In this document: positions 34,387-47,200 of the stretch, one piece after another
Layout: each line of letters starts with the position of its first letter
Position numbering within the stretch: position 1 is the stretch's first letter
Assembly: GCA_965285935.1 (NCBI GenBank)
Contig: OZ260664.1
Location: forward strand, 52,762,001-52,826,000
DNA from: Ophelia neglecta
Taxonomy: Eukaryota
DNA: 64,000 nucleotides
Direction of reading: 5' to 3'
Notes under the pieces: generated by a model
Databases searched by the model: none
Told to the model about the DNA's origin: nothing
The model's input: the letters and a program-made list of their open reading frames with translations, nothing else
Program-made: the position numbers and the translations under genes

Positions 34387-37300
34387 TTAAGCTTTGTCCA
34401 TTAAATCAAGGAGATCATCGTCATCCTGGTTTGAATCGTCAACCCTCAACTCACCAACAATGCGACTCAGTTCAGCACTCTGCTTTTTCTGAAAAACAGA
34501 TTGAGGGTAATGAAACTTTGTTAAAACGATGCAAATGATCAGCGGTACACAGACGACTGACTGGTGGCCATTTTTCATAAAGGAATGATTGATTTGTTGT
34601 TGAAGACCTCAATATACTATAAAACCTGCCCAAAAGACCACCTCGATTTTTAGACCATCTGTCAATTCAGACTACTAATATAAAGACCATAATGTATACT
34701 TTCCATGAGAAATAACCTTTATATACAGACCACCTCCATAATCAGACAATAATTTTCAGTCTCTTGAGTGGTCTTAATTCCCAGGTGTCACTGATATGAA
34801 AAAAAAACCCACTTGGGCACTGCAGCATAGAGAGAGCAGACAGCCTTACTTACTTTAGATGCATCAATACTGATCACTTTAGAGCCAGGGTCGGCTACAG
34901 GTCTCATGGCCGCTGCCTCCCTGAATACCAAAGCATACATTTTCTTTTATGCATTCATTTAAATAAAATAAAAAGTCAAGGAAACATTGGGGCAACCATA
35001 GTCACCTTGTTTGTTTAAAGCATGTTAGTCATACTACTGACTTTTTGAATCAAAGAAGCACTGGGTAAACAAGACAGCCAATAATAAATGACAAAAAGAC
35101 ATTAAAATGCAGTAACAAAAAACAAGATGAAGTAGTAATGAAATGATGAACCACAAGGTGTTCATTTTATGATGACTGGAATTGAAATTTCATTACAAAA
35201 ATGTCCTTATAATGATTTTAACTGAATCAGTACAGATAAATTGGTACAAGCTTTTAGCTTCATTTCACATAGCCAAGTAGAAAAATCTTACTCTTCTTCT
35301 TCATCTGTATTAAAAAGGTTGAGACGGAAATCATTTTTGCCTTTTTTCTTTTCACCAGGTGTGCTGCCAATCAGTTTTGACAAGAGATCCAGCTGAGCCT
35401 TGGCCAGAGGGTTGGGGTTACTCATATCCTGAAGAAATAGTAGGCTCACTAATATAAAATATACAACACATGAATTTGATGAATGGTTATTTTGAGGATA
35501 CAGGTCACAAAACTTACCCCAGGATGTGGATACTTTGTTAAAAACCGATTTCACGCATAATCACTATTTCCATGATACTATACACTTTTATTGCTTCCCA
35601 AATTTAAAATACATGTACATTTAAACTGACTCATATATATAATGTGTTACTTAAGTATTCCATATTATCAAAAGTAATTAGCAATAGAAAACATGTTCAG
35701 GCATGGGGAAAATACAAGGCAATGAAATTGGTTTAATTTGTGATTCTATAGTTTAGATTCTAGTAAATCTTGTGGGAATAAATGATGACTAACCATATCA
35801 GAGGATGCCTGAACAGTTCGGGCAGGGGCGCTCACAGTTGTTTCCGATGGACGAGCAACATTGTACCTGAAGTTATTATTGAACATAGTTAAAATTTATT
35901 TTCCTGTAGTCTTATACATCAAAATAGTTTTTATTTGTGACTATTATTTAAATAAATGAGAGCCTTTACCAGCACTTGTTTGACACGGGAGTGACATTGA
36001 AAGATCACAAGTAGCAGAAGTAGTGCATTATTAGGACTCATTGCTAAAAATTAAAGGGTTTTTATCCATTGTGCAAATCTGCGAAAAAAACATGAATAAA
36101 AGGGGTCTTATTTTTCAAACAAACTTTTCGGATATTGAAAAAGAAGAGTATTTTTTCAGTTTGATTCCCACAGGCAATGGGTGGTGAGAAAGTGTCCATG
36201 ATTGTTTTCATAATGATCATGTTTTCCCTTGTTTAACCCCAGTCAAATCAATTGATTAAGCATTTCCTTTCTTTAGGGCTTACCCAGAATGAGTTACTTT
36301 TCAAAAAGTTAGTGTTTTTTTGGAAAAAGGGGTGGTTTTAAGACAAAAAACTTCCTTCTGTATTACAATTTGCCCAGTCCCTGCATATTTACGAACTACC
36401 AACAGGCCATTTTAAGTCCAAAATACAAGTGTGCAATGAATACCATTAACCACCATGAACGGAGCTTGTTGTCAAACTGAGACACTTACATATTAGTGCC
36501 TAATTTAGTGATTCTGTCTCCACGCATTTCAGATGACCCCTCTCTTGTTGACATGGTGTACTTTCCTCCTGGGTTAAATGTCGACTTTTTTACCTCCTTT
36601 CCTGCAGTGTTAAACAGACGGATGGTCCCAGGAAGTTCAGACCCACAAGGTATGGGCCCAGACAATGGTAAGACAAAGCGACCATTGGAATTTTGCACTT
36701 GGTCCTTGAGAAAAATTGACACCTGTGAAAAGTCAAATGTGCAGTTTACATGCTGGCGTTTTTAAATGGGGTAAATAAAGAGCATTTTGTTAAAATGTTG
36801 CATCCTAGTATAATTATAAAACAGTATATAATTTGAGTCACAATCAATTTTTAGGTGTAAAAAAGATACTGGGAAGGCGTAAATACAAACCATGTTGTGT
36901 GAAAATTAAGAGCTAATTTTCTTAGTTCTAATATATCAGATAACCTAACAAGGAAGAAGACATGGATTTTCTTTTCACTCACTCTAATGTGCATGTCCTG
37001 GAAAAAGTTGAGCAATGTTTGACGAATCAACATGTATTCCCCTGGGGTGAGAGATGCAAAATGCTGAAACAGAAGAAAAACAGATTGAGAAAGCTTCAAA
37101 TCTCAACAATTTATTAGAACTGCTTTTATAAGAAGATTTTGCAATATACACAAACAAATGTTTCTTATACAATTGTGATCAGGTTAAAGGCTTTAATAAC
37201 TCTAGAGCATTTTGAGTGAAAATCTAGTGTCATACTAGTGTGACTCTAGGGCACTTGCATGTTAATTGTATTACAGCACACTATTTTGCCCTAGTGCCAC

Positions 37301-40300
37301 ACTCTAGTGTCACACTGGTTTCACACTACATTAAACTAGTTTAATTGAGGTGTTTAACTAGATAACAAATGTATACTAAATCTAGGTATTTTTCTCACTA
37401 TTAAACAAGGCGCCCAATGGTTCTGTCAAAACCATCTTGTTCTGGTCAAAATCTGGGCATTTCTGTTTAAACTATCCAGGTGACATACGAATGGTTTCCG
37501 CATGGTCTTGAATCACTTTGATTGATTATTTGCTGTACCAACAGTGGAAACTAAGGATCCGTATATTGGACTGCAGTGTTTGACAGATCTGTTTCTAATA
37601 GATAAAGTCAAATAATTCTCTCAAAAATGAGTCTAACCTGGAGCAGAAGCCGATATACAAATTCCACTTGTTGGGAGATAGGCCCAGAGTCCTTGACAAA
37701 GTCCCTGATGGCGTCCATGTGGTTGAGGGTCACCAGCAGAACATCGTTTGGTCTCAGACATAGAGACACTTGGTACTTATACGCCATTGTCATCAAATCA
37801 TACAGCTGAATAAAATAATATGTTAAAGTGAATCGAGGAACAAATGCTTTTTTTTTTTTTTTATTAAAAATTGATTGATACTTGATATACTACATAAAAT
37901 AATTATCTTATATCTATTTTAGAAAGTAACTTCCCAAATAATCTGATAAGAACTAACCATTAACTTGAAAAATGTTGAACTAAAAAATGAATATCTAAAC
38001 AATTAGTGTTCCTGATCAATAGAGTAATGTTCAAACTATAAATATATACTCATTTCTGGTTTTGTTTGTATTTCTAGTTATAAAACACATTTTCTTCCAA
38101 TTAACATGTTAAATATTGGAGTGTATTGCAATGCATTAATATATCATGGCAAATGAGAGGCCTGATAGAAGTCCAGGTGTATAGCACAAACCTAGACTCT
38201 CTACCATCATGTTCAGATAAATTCACTTAAAACATGTATTTATAACTCAACCAGGTTAAGAGCATTAATGAGAAGCAACAGGAGTGATAAATGGTCTATG
38301 TAATATAATTATGCTATGTTAATTTATCCCATTGCATCCAACAGAAAGGTAAAATCCTGGCATTCTGCCAGCCTGGGTTTAAGTGCAGCCATTGTGAAGT
38401 TCCGGCAGCATTACAAGGCTGTTTATAAAACAAACAGGGAGTAGGCAGACGTCAATGCCACGTTCAATACCATAAGAACAATCATCAGCTTTTCCTTCAA
38501 TGTGCATTAGAGCAAAATTTGTCAATATATGAACACAAATGATACTCATGAGCATGAAACAAGGTGCATAAAGTGAGTAAAGATATTGAATGATACAGAT
38601 CAAAAAAACTTAATCACTAAAAAAAGGATGTTTTGTTTTGTTATTTCATCATTTAAGTAACAATAATATGAAATTCATTCTAAAGGCGATGATTGCTTGA
38701 AGCCTAAAGGTAGTCTACATAAAAGTTAAATGAGGCTTCAACAAAAAATCACCTGGTTGAATGGCACTTTTGTAATAAACCAAATTGAATCTAATGAGGG
38801 AATAATGGATGGCTAATTGACACAAAACTATTGATTTATCATGATGCATTGTTAACTGTTAATTTTTTTTCTAAGGCTGGTTTATATTGCAATGAAACAC
38901 AGATCATCTTAACATGACCATATATAATTGTAAATCCTGTGCAGAAAAAACATCCCTCCTGTCTGACTAATCCAATGAACAGGTACAATACAAGTACAGG
39001 ATGTTTGGTTGTGTCACCCTTCCAGGCTGCCTACCTTATCCATGCTGGCCGTGTTAAGCCTCATGATGGAAGCATGTGCGAGGCGGTCGAACACGGTTCT
39101 CATCGCTTTCTTTGAATACAACTCCTGAGGCTTGAACAATTCCTCCATGAATCGTTTATTGAACATAGTTGTAGTGATATCATGCATTACTGAAAATAGA
39201 AATATAACAATTATAATTATGAGTCTACTATAATTTGACTACATTGAGTATGCATTGTTTAAAGCTCATGTTTTTAAAGGCAATGTTGTGAACAGTTTGG
39301 CCAGAAATGTTACTTTTTCTCATACAGTGTCATGGATGAAATTGCAAATTGTAGCACATTTTTATCAGGATGCCTAGCTTTAACTGGAGGGACTGAAACA
39401 TTTAACCAACAAGTTTAATTTGCTTTCTTTACTCTTTCTTAACAGTGTTTCATGAAATCAAACGAGTTTTTAAAAATTCACAATAAGACATGATAACCTT
39501 GTGAAAATCACCCCGCTAAAAGCAATTTAGTTGTATGGGTCTGTGAGGTAGAGGTATACACAAAACTATAAGAGTATGTTTCCATGACGACTAAATATGT
39601 CCACTTAGTTTTGTGCTAATGGGCCACCAGTAAGTTTGACTTGTAGAGTATTCTCCTTCATCAAGATACCCAGCTCCCTCACCAAGATACCCAGAAAAAA
39701 AATGGTTTCACATCATCCTATTAAAAAAATTAGCATCAAAAACTGTACCAAGAAGCTCCAGCCAGCTGTGAAGGATATATCTAAAAAGAGGAGCTCCCTC
39801 CGGCACCAGTCTTCCATCATATTTACTAAATATCATCATGTCAGCTATCAGCTATCTATTACATCATTCAAGTATAACATCAAGGCTATGTTACTTGCAG
39901 AAGATGATTAATTATGTAATGTTTATTGTTGGTATGGTCACCTGTAGTGTGCTAATTATTGTTAGTGTTGTCACCTGTAGTGTGCTAAGTCAGTGACCGA
40001 ACTTGTTGTCTGCTGTCAGTCTTTAATTTAATTTTTCTCCATTGTTTTGTTAAATCTTTAATCTCATTATTGTTCTAATAATATGGGTAAATAAGCCTAT
40101 GGCTTCACCCAGTTGTCATCCTTAAAATGCTTATGTTGCCTGTTATAATCTGTTATATATATTATTCGATGACAATAAACTATTATTGAATTGAATTGAA
40201 AATATGCAAACCAGCCACTAGAATGACAAGGGCCGCTAAACAAGTATGAAAAATGGCCGTATTTTTTAACTTCTAACTAATTTTTCTCCCTTCTGCATGG

Positions 40301-42630
40301 TGTCAAAAATGGTTGGCAAAAATTTTGCCTTTCCTTTCTTTTTTAAAAATCTTTTGTAAAGCAACATGTTAAAAACTGATGGCCTAATTTAAGGCATGCA
40401 TTACAGGTAGAACCTCATGTGCCTGGAGACCTTAACATATCTGCAATATATTGATTTCCTCTCGGGCTCACAGTTCTGCGTTAGCAAAGCAGACAGGTAA
40501 ATGTAGCATCAATGTAGCCAGTATAGGAATTAGTGGCAAAAACAAATAACAGCATGCACAAGCATGATGTATGAAAAGAGGTTGGGAGCTTTTTTTTGTT
40601 ATCAATATTCATATATCTGCATACCGGGTACTTTTATTGATGGCGCTCAAACTATGTTTGCTGTTGATTGGCCAAAGCAAAGTGCCAACAATCATGGTCA
40701 AGAAGCAGCTAGACTTAAGTTTACTCATTGAAGGCCTATGCCAATATTTCCTTGAGGGCTGCCTCTTTATATTACATGTTTATTGACTTCATTAAGCCTC
40801 CAACAAAGGTTCATTGGAATGAATGCTGTACTCATTGAACACTTGATTCTGTTAGATAGAAAACAGTACAGTAACGATTTCTATTAAGCAGAATTGAGGT
40901 TACTTTTCAAGACACTAGCACTGGCATTTGATTGTATCTAAGAAATATCAGTTTTTCAGACAGAACAATTGCATTGCATTGTGTTTCTGTGGTTCTCCCC
41001 TTGTCTGGCTGATTTCAGGTTCCCTGCACAAATGAACGTAAACATAACAGACCAGGATTGATTACTTGGCCAGAGGACCAGTCCGATTTCGGGGGAGCCA
41101 ATTTATGGCCGTGGCTTGCTTGGAGATTTGCCATTGTTAGAGGTCCCAGATGCAATAAATGAAGGTTTGCTTAGGGAGAAAATGGACAAATTCCAGAGTC
41201 TCCCAGCCATTGTGGGAGAATTGGCATCCCTGCGATTGCATAGTGACATCATTATTTAAGAAAAAAGTGCGGCATTAATAATTGACATATATAATGTCAA
41301 TTATATCTGGCTATACACTGTAAGCTAGGAAATGTATGCAGGCAGGATATGGCTGAGAATTCCAAAATAGTGAACTTTTCCTGTTGGGAAAATATTCTGG
41401 TTTAAGTACACAAGGAGGTTGCTAGATAGAAGGCACTACACAATATACATGTATAACTCTTTTTGTCATAATCATAACATTATTTTTGAAATTTTGAAAA
41501 TGGCCACTTTTCAGGTTCCCAAGGAAGAGGATTACAAGAGTACCAATGCCAAGGACATATACATGTACATGTTCATTGTTTTCTGGGTCATACATGGTCA
41601 GGTCACGTAATTAAATGACTTCTCTCACATTATCATGCAGTATTGGTTTCTTATGTGACTGAATTTTGTAGAAAGGCAAGCCATTTCCCTAGGAACCCCA
41701 AAAGTCTGTTAATGGTTGACTCTATTTTCCATTAAGTCAAGCGCAGGCAAACCTTTAATTTGTCATATTACATGCACAAATTGTGTATTTGCCCAAAGAT
41801 GTCTCGCTGAATGTGTTTGCGAGCTACAAGAGAGGTGGCAGGTAATCTTAACTGACAGTATTACCGTAGCTACAAGAGAGGGAGATGATGATAACGAACG
41901 GTATTACGGTAGCTTCAAGACAGGCTGCAGGGGATTAAAATGGTACTAGGGTAGCTACAAGAGAGGTGGTAGGTGAAGATAACATACATTACAACAATAG
42001 CTTCAAGAGAGACTGTAGGTAATCATAACGGTTGGTATTAGAAGCTAAAAGAGAGGCTGCAGGTGATCATATTGGATGGTACTACGGCTGCTACAAGAGA
42101 GGTGGCCGGTGATCATTATAACAGACAGTACTACGTTAGCTACAAGAGAGGTGGCCGGTGATCATAATGACGGACGGTACTCTGTTAGCTGCAAGAGATG
42201 TGGCAGGGGATCAAAATGAACGATATTACGATAGCTACAAAAAAAGAGAGGACACAGGTGATCATAACGGAGAGTATTACGGTAGCTACAAGAGAGGCAG
42301 GTGATCATAACGGATGTTATACGGTTCGGTTGTTGGCAAAACCCTACCACTACAACCTTAACCCTGTCAGAAAACAACACAATAATTCTTTTCGTATCTG
42401 TGTTACACTATGACTCTCAGTTGCCTGCACCCAAAATGCTGGAACACGAATGGTCGGTTGCCGTGCAGGTGCGGTGTGTGACTGAACCATGTAATGATAA
42501 TGAATAATATTTGTTTACCTTTCTTAGCCTTTTCCTGTGGGATATTCTGTGCCCTCAGTCTTTGGTCTAAAATATACATCATTTCTCCACCGAGATTGAT
42601 GAAAAGGAGCGGCAACGTTTTCATCGACAT
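34387..42630 (-). CDS. OSCP1: Organic solute carrier partner 1 (cilia-associated), 375 aa, 9 exons
   Basis: MSMKTLPLLFINLGGEMMYILDQRLRAQNIP...MFNKRFMEELFKPQELYSKK...RLAHASIMRLNTASMDKLYDLMTMAYKYQV...IRQTLLNFFQD...GRFVLP...DDLLDLMD. Exons 42519-42630, 39035-39189, 37638-37805, 36983-37063, 36490-36722, 35794-35866, 35292-35428, 34854-34920, 34387-34488. All introns are GT-AG and phase-consistent. Confidence 0.95.
34617..34793. mobile_element. Degenerate TcMar/Tigger-like MITE in the last OSCP1 intron
   Basis: Imperfect TIRs (ctataaaacctgcccaaaagaccac vs gtggtcttaattcccaggtgtcactg) and repeated agacca motifs. Confidence 0.5.
37200..37345. repeat. Degenerate inverted/tandem ctagtgt repeats, MITE-like
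   Basis: tagtgtgactctagggca is an approximate inverted match to tgccctagtgccacactctagtgtcacact. Confidence 0.4.
39850..40200 (+). mobile_element. Probable 3' end of a 5'-truncated CR1/L2-type LINE
   Basis: The ORF end SITSFKYNIKAMLL..* resembles LINE ORF2 C-termini. It is followed by a 3'UTR-like stretch with a 19-bp direct repeat (gtcacctgtagtgtgctaa), then aataaa and an (attga)n tail at about 40185-40200. Confidence 0.5.
41822..42326. repeat. Minisatellite, about 11 degenerate copies of a roughly 41-51-bp unit
   Basis: Consensus approximately agctacaagagaggtggcaggtgatcataacggacggtattacggt. Lies in OSCP1 intron 1. Confidence 0.9.
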
Positions 42631-42674
42631 CTTCAAGGTCTACAATAAGGCTTTTTCTTCCTACTGCATACAAC

Positions 42675-42687
42675 GTTGACAGGCAAC
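42675..42687. promoter_or_regulatory. RFX X-box-like motif upstream of OSCP1
   Basis: GTTGACAGGCAAC lies 45 bp upstream of the ATG. It has a perfect GGCAAC half-site and one mismatch in the other half relative to GTNRCC(N0-3)RGYAAC. Nearby are an ETS-like cggaagt (42822) and a GC box (42851). Confidence 0.55.
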
Positions 42688-44216
42688 AAGGTGCTAGAGT
42701 GGATGACTGGTTCTCAAGCACGCTTAGCAGGTAGCCGAGGAGAGAAGACTAGGCGTTGCAACGACGGCCCAGTAGTGGGACGAAACACGGGATAGTAGGA
42801 TAAGCTGTTGCGGAGACATCACGGAAGTTGGCCAGACGGGAGCACTCTTTGGGGCGGGTTCCCAATTCGAATATAAAGTTTATATAGATCCACGTATATT
42901 TCTCGCCAAGCGCTTATATAGCAGATTTATTTTCATTTTATTGGGGATTTCAACAGTTTGAACAGTTTATATACATGTATATACTATATATATGACCTTT
43001 TATTCATTCTTATAAATATCTATATATAATCATGGTCTATAATTATAATATAGAGCTATATAGCCTAGGCGTATACATATTTATATATACCATGCCGGGC
43101 AATCACAAATCAAAAGTAGAAAAAAATCTGCTCTAAGTAGAAACCTCAATCTGACATCACAGTGTCCCACTAACTTTAAAAAATACATTGTTCACATAGT
43201 GTTGGTAGAATTGTTGGTTCCTTGTGCATGGTATTTCCCTTGTTGGTTTCACATGTTTTTCTTATTTCATCAGACAAATATAAATCTAGATGTGCATAGA
43301 GTCAATCAAATATTATAGGCCTGGCCTACGTACATAGACTAGTCCTAGTCAGATTAACGTTCAACAAAAACAACAAAAAATGTGGGAATATGTTTAGTTG
43401 AACGGGCATCGCCTCCGAAAGAAGCCTTTGATTGGAAGAAAATGTGGCCCACAATATAAATCAGGTCGCTATTGAAGAAAAATGGTTTAGGCCTAGACCT
43501 ATCTAAGATATCTATAGCTAAAATATTGTGGCCCATAAATGAGGTTCCATGGTGGCTTACATTTCCATCGCCTTTACTTTCGGAGAAGGATAAAAACTTT
43601 TGGACAATTGTCGGGTTAAGGCATCACGTTCTCCAGGAGTTTTTGCGCAAAATAGAACACGCCTCGGGGGAGAGGGTTCATAATACCAGACGGGATGCTC
43701 CAGGCAAATGGGGTACCTTTTAATTATTATTCTACGGCTAAGGAGTCGCCGAACACATTTCGTTACGGCTATGGGGTCGGCATTTTAAGCACTCTTTCAT
43801 ATGGGTATGGGTGTGTTTTTCTGCTAGTATCCCCCCCCCCCTCTATTCCCAATTTGAGTCGGAGACATAACCCTCTCATAACCCTTTAAGTAAAGGGGCT
43901 TCGGATCCATCTGAAAGGCTAAAATGTGAAAAACAAATTGGCACTTTACATAGTCTACCAGAGACCTTCTATATTAATCCCAGAGTCAACAATTAGCGTG
44001 AAGCAAATTATTTAATAAATGTGGTGCTGGACCTATAATACATTTCAAATTTTTGCCTGTGCGCTGATAAAATTATTCATGGCTTCTGAAGCCGGCATCA
44101 TATCCCGTTCTCCCTTGAACGATTTAGACCGATTTTATAGGGAGAAGATACTTTTACGATTTTTGTTGTTGTATACATGGTGAGGGTCAGAGGTCACTTC
44201 TGTGTTATGAGAGAAA

Positions 44217-47200
44217 ATGGGTGCTTCTGTGCTGATTGTATGGGGATATTATACCCTAACTCTAATTCCTGCTTTGATTCTGCCTATATTACTTATAGCC
44301 GTTTATCAGAGGAGATCGCACAAAAACTATCCGCCATGCGAAAGTGGTTTGTTACCATACGTGGGCTGTGCGATTAGGTTTGGAAAAGCCCCTCTGTACT
44401 TCATCAATGAAGCCTCAAAGAAGGTAATGCAGGTGCTGGCAAGCAGCTCGAGGTTGGGGGGGGGGGGGGTGCATATAAAGGGGCACACCCTAGGCCTACA
44501 TTGAGGCTCAAATTACAAATTAAAGGGGTCAAACTCTACATTATAAATAATGATAGGGTCTAACTCTACATTGAGACTAATTTTTCCTAAAAAAAAAAGG
44601 GGGGGGGCAAAACTCTACGTCATGTACTTTTCCCCGAAAAAGGGAAAAAGGGAGGGCAATACTGCGGCACCTATGCACTATTAAACCAAGGTAAAGTGTG
44701 TGCCCGCGTCCCCCCTCTCTAAAGGTATCCCCTTCATAACCATCCAACACACCCACGACTGAACAGGGCATATACCACTGGGTTAAAAAACATGAACAGT
44801 TAGGGTGGTGGGAAGGCCAATATTGATGTGCTAAGGGCTGAATTTGGGCTTTAAATAATGTTACAAAACTGATGTTAGCTTTGCATAACAACCGACGTTT
44901 GTGTGGTCAGAAAAGTTATATCCAGTGAAACAAGGAGGCTCTCCTATTTCAGTGGACTTACATGTATGTTCAGCCACAAAACAAACCCCCCATGCCCTCA
45001 CGCACTAGAGATCTCCATATTGAATTCAGAGCAGGGTGTACATAGTGAGATGGGTAGTGCAGAATGTGTAATTTTTATTTCCATGCAGAGAAGGCCTACA
45101 ATATCTTACTATAAATGGTACAGGTGCTTTTGCTGAAAAAAATAGATATTGTTTTGACAGTTTTCTTTTCTTATAAATCTTTAGACATCCATTAAACAAT
45201 TGACCCAGTTTATAACATGGGTTGAGATAAAATTGTGTCATAAGGTTAATTTCAAACAGAACCTACAATTTACATTTTTTCTTATTTTCAGTTGGGGCCT
45301 GTATTTACTTTGAAGGTGGCTGGCAAACGCTTGACTTTTGTCCCTCAGGTAGAAGACTTCAAACATTTTTTCAATTCAACCAATGTTGATTTTCAAAAAG
45401 CTGTGCAAAAACCAGTTAAATATGCAGGTATGTAGGGGTTTATACATTTATGTACCAGTACTATTTCCTTGTTTCTTTAATTTAAAATGGTTTGTTATCC
45501 AATCAAAATAGAACTAACTAGGTCCTAATTTCTACAAGTCAAATACAATGCCAGGTGAAAAATTATTGTAATATCAATTGTCTTATCCCTCCAATTTTTA
45601 GCATCTGTGTCTGCTGAATCCTTTTTCCAATATCATACCAAGATTCACGACACAGTAAAGGGCAGGCTGGCATCTACACAGTTGGAACCATTCTGTGTGA
45701 AATTGGGAAATAAATTTACCGAACAGTTGGATTTATGGGGCAAAGAAGGTAAAGTCATGACACATTATTGTGTGTCAACATACTAGCCTACATGATTAAT
45801 AAGATGTAGCCCTCCTTCTCTGTTGTTGTAAAAGATAAGTTATAAATGTTACATTCTCATTTTAATGTTCTTATTGTAAACATTCTAGGTGAAGGAGATT
45901 TAAATGAAATGGTCAGAAGTGCCATGTATATTGCTGTGCTTGATAACCTTTTTGGAGAAAATGTTCTTCCAACAACACAAAAGGTCAGACATTCATACCA
46001 TAGGAAGACTCATTTGAAACAAAAGATAAAATGGTTTTATTTCAGACTGTGTAAAGAACCATAATTTGTGGTAAATTACTTCATGTTTTGTGCTGCAAAT
46101 GTATAACTCCTCCATTTTCCAAATTATGTATTGTTGTGGTTTTGCCACAGGTTTCGGCTGTTTATAACAGCTGTTATTTTTTGCCTTCTTTTCCTTAGAT
46201 ATGTTCTGCTGTCAATGCATTTTATTATTAAAACAAACAAAAATGTATTTTCTTTTCCCATTTTCATCTCCATCTGATTTTTTTTTCTGAAAAATTCTGT
46301 TAATTAATTTATTAATTTAAATTTATGTCATATTATAAGTTGCATTTTGTATATAAATGGGTGGTCACCTTATAACTTTTACCTCTGTACAATCATGCAA
46401 TATTTGATATTTGATATTCTTTCACCCTAATTAACTTAGATAATCATATGTTCCTAAATTCAAATTACCAGGATGCATATTCAGTGTTAGAAGAGCATTT
46501 TGTGAAATATGATGATCAGTTCGAATATGGATCTCAGCTGCCTGAATTCTTTGTGAGGTAAAAGTATTTAGTAAAACTAGATAGTTTTAAGAGTATTATC
46601 GAAGATGATGAAATGGAAATCTAAGTAAATTTCCTCCACTTTTGAATCAGTTTGAAAAAAAAACCATTATTGAGAAGGTAATGCAAAATCTCCAAAAGCA
46701 CAAATTTAAGAACTAAAGCATTCTTTTTTGCCAGAGATTGGGGCAAGTCTAAACACTGGCTCTTGGAGAGGTTTGGTGAGATTGTAAAGAAACTAGAACA
46801 ACAGAAGAAAAAAGTGTCTAATTCAGAGGAGGTCATACACTTCATTATGCCTACAATATTATATGCAGCATTTAATGTCTATGATAATAATAACAATCAG
46901 TACAATTATTCCCTTTGAGGGAATTTCCTATGTTCAGAACACAGCTTTGATTTATGAGTCAAAGTAGTAACTTACTGTTTGAGTAACAGATAATTGCTTT
47001 TAATTATCAAAGTCTTTCCAAATTAATGTAGAACCCTACAAAATTGTTTCTTAACTATTCATTCACATAAATTTCATGTTGATGCCATTTCAGACAGTTT
47101 TTGAGACTTTAGTCGGTATGGTTGACCGGCCTCATGCTCCTAACTACGGCCTGCTGATGATGTGGGCTTCACTTGCCAATGCAATTCCTGTGTGTATTTT

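Noticed and set aside
38260-41000. Enhancer-like conserved non-coding elements in OSCP1 introns
   Set aside because: This is only a compositional impression and cannot be supported without cross-species alignment.
41822-42326. CRISPR-like array
   Set aside because: The 'spacers' are similar to each other, the repeats are degenerate, there are no cas genes and the context is a eukaryotic intron. It is a minisatellite.
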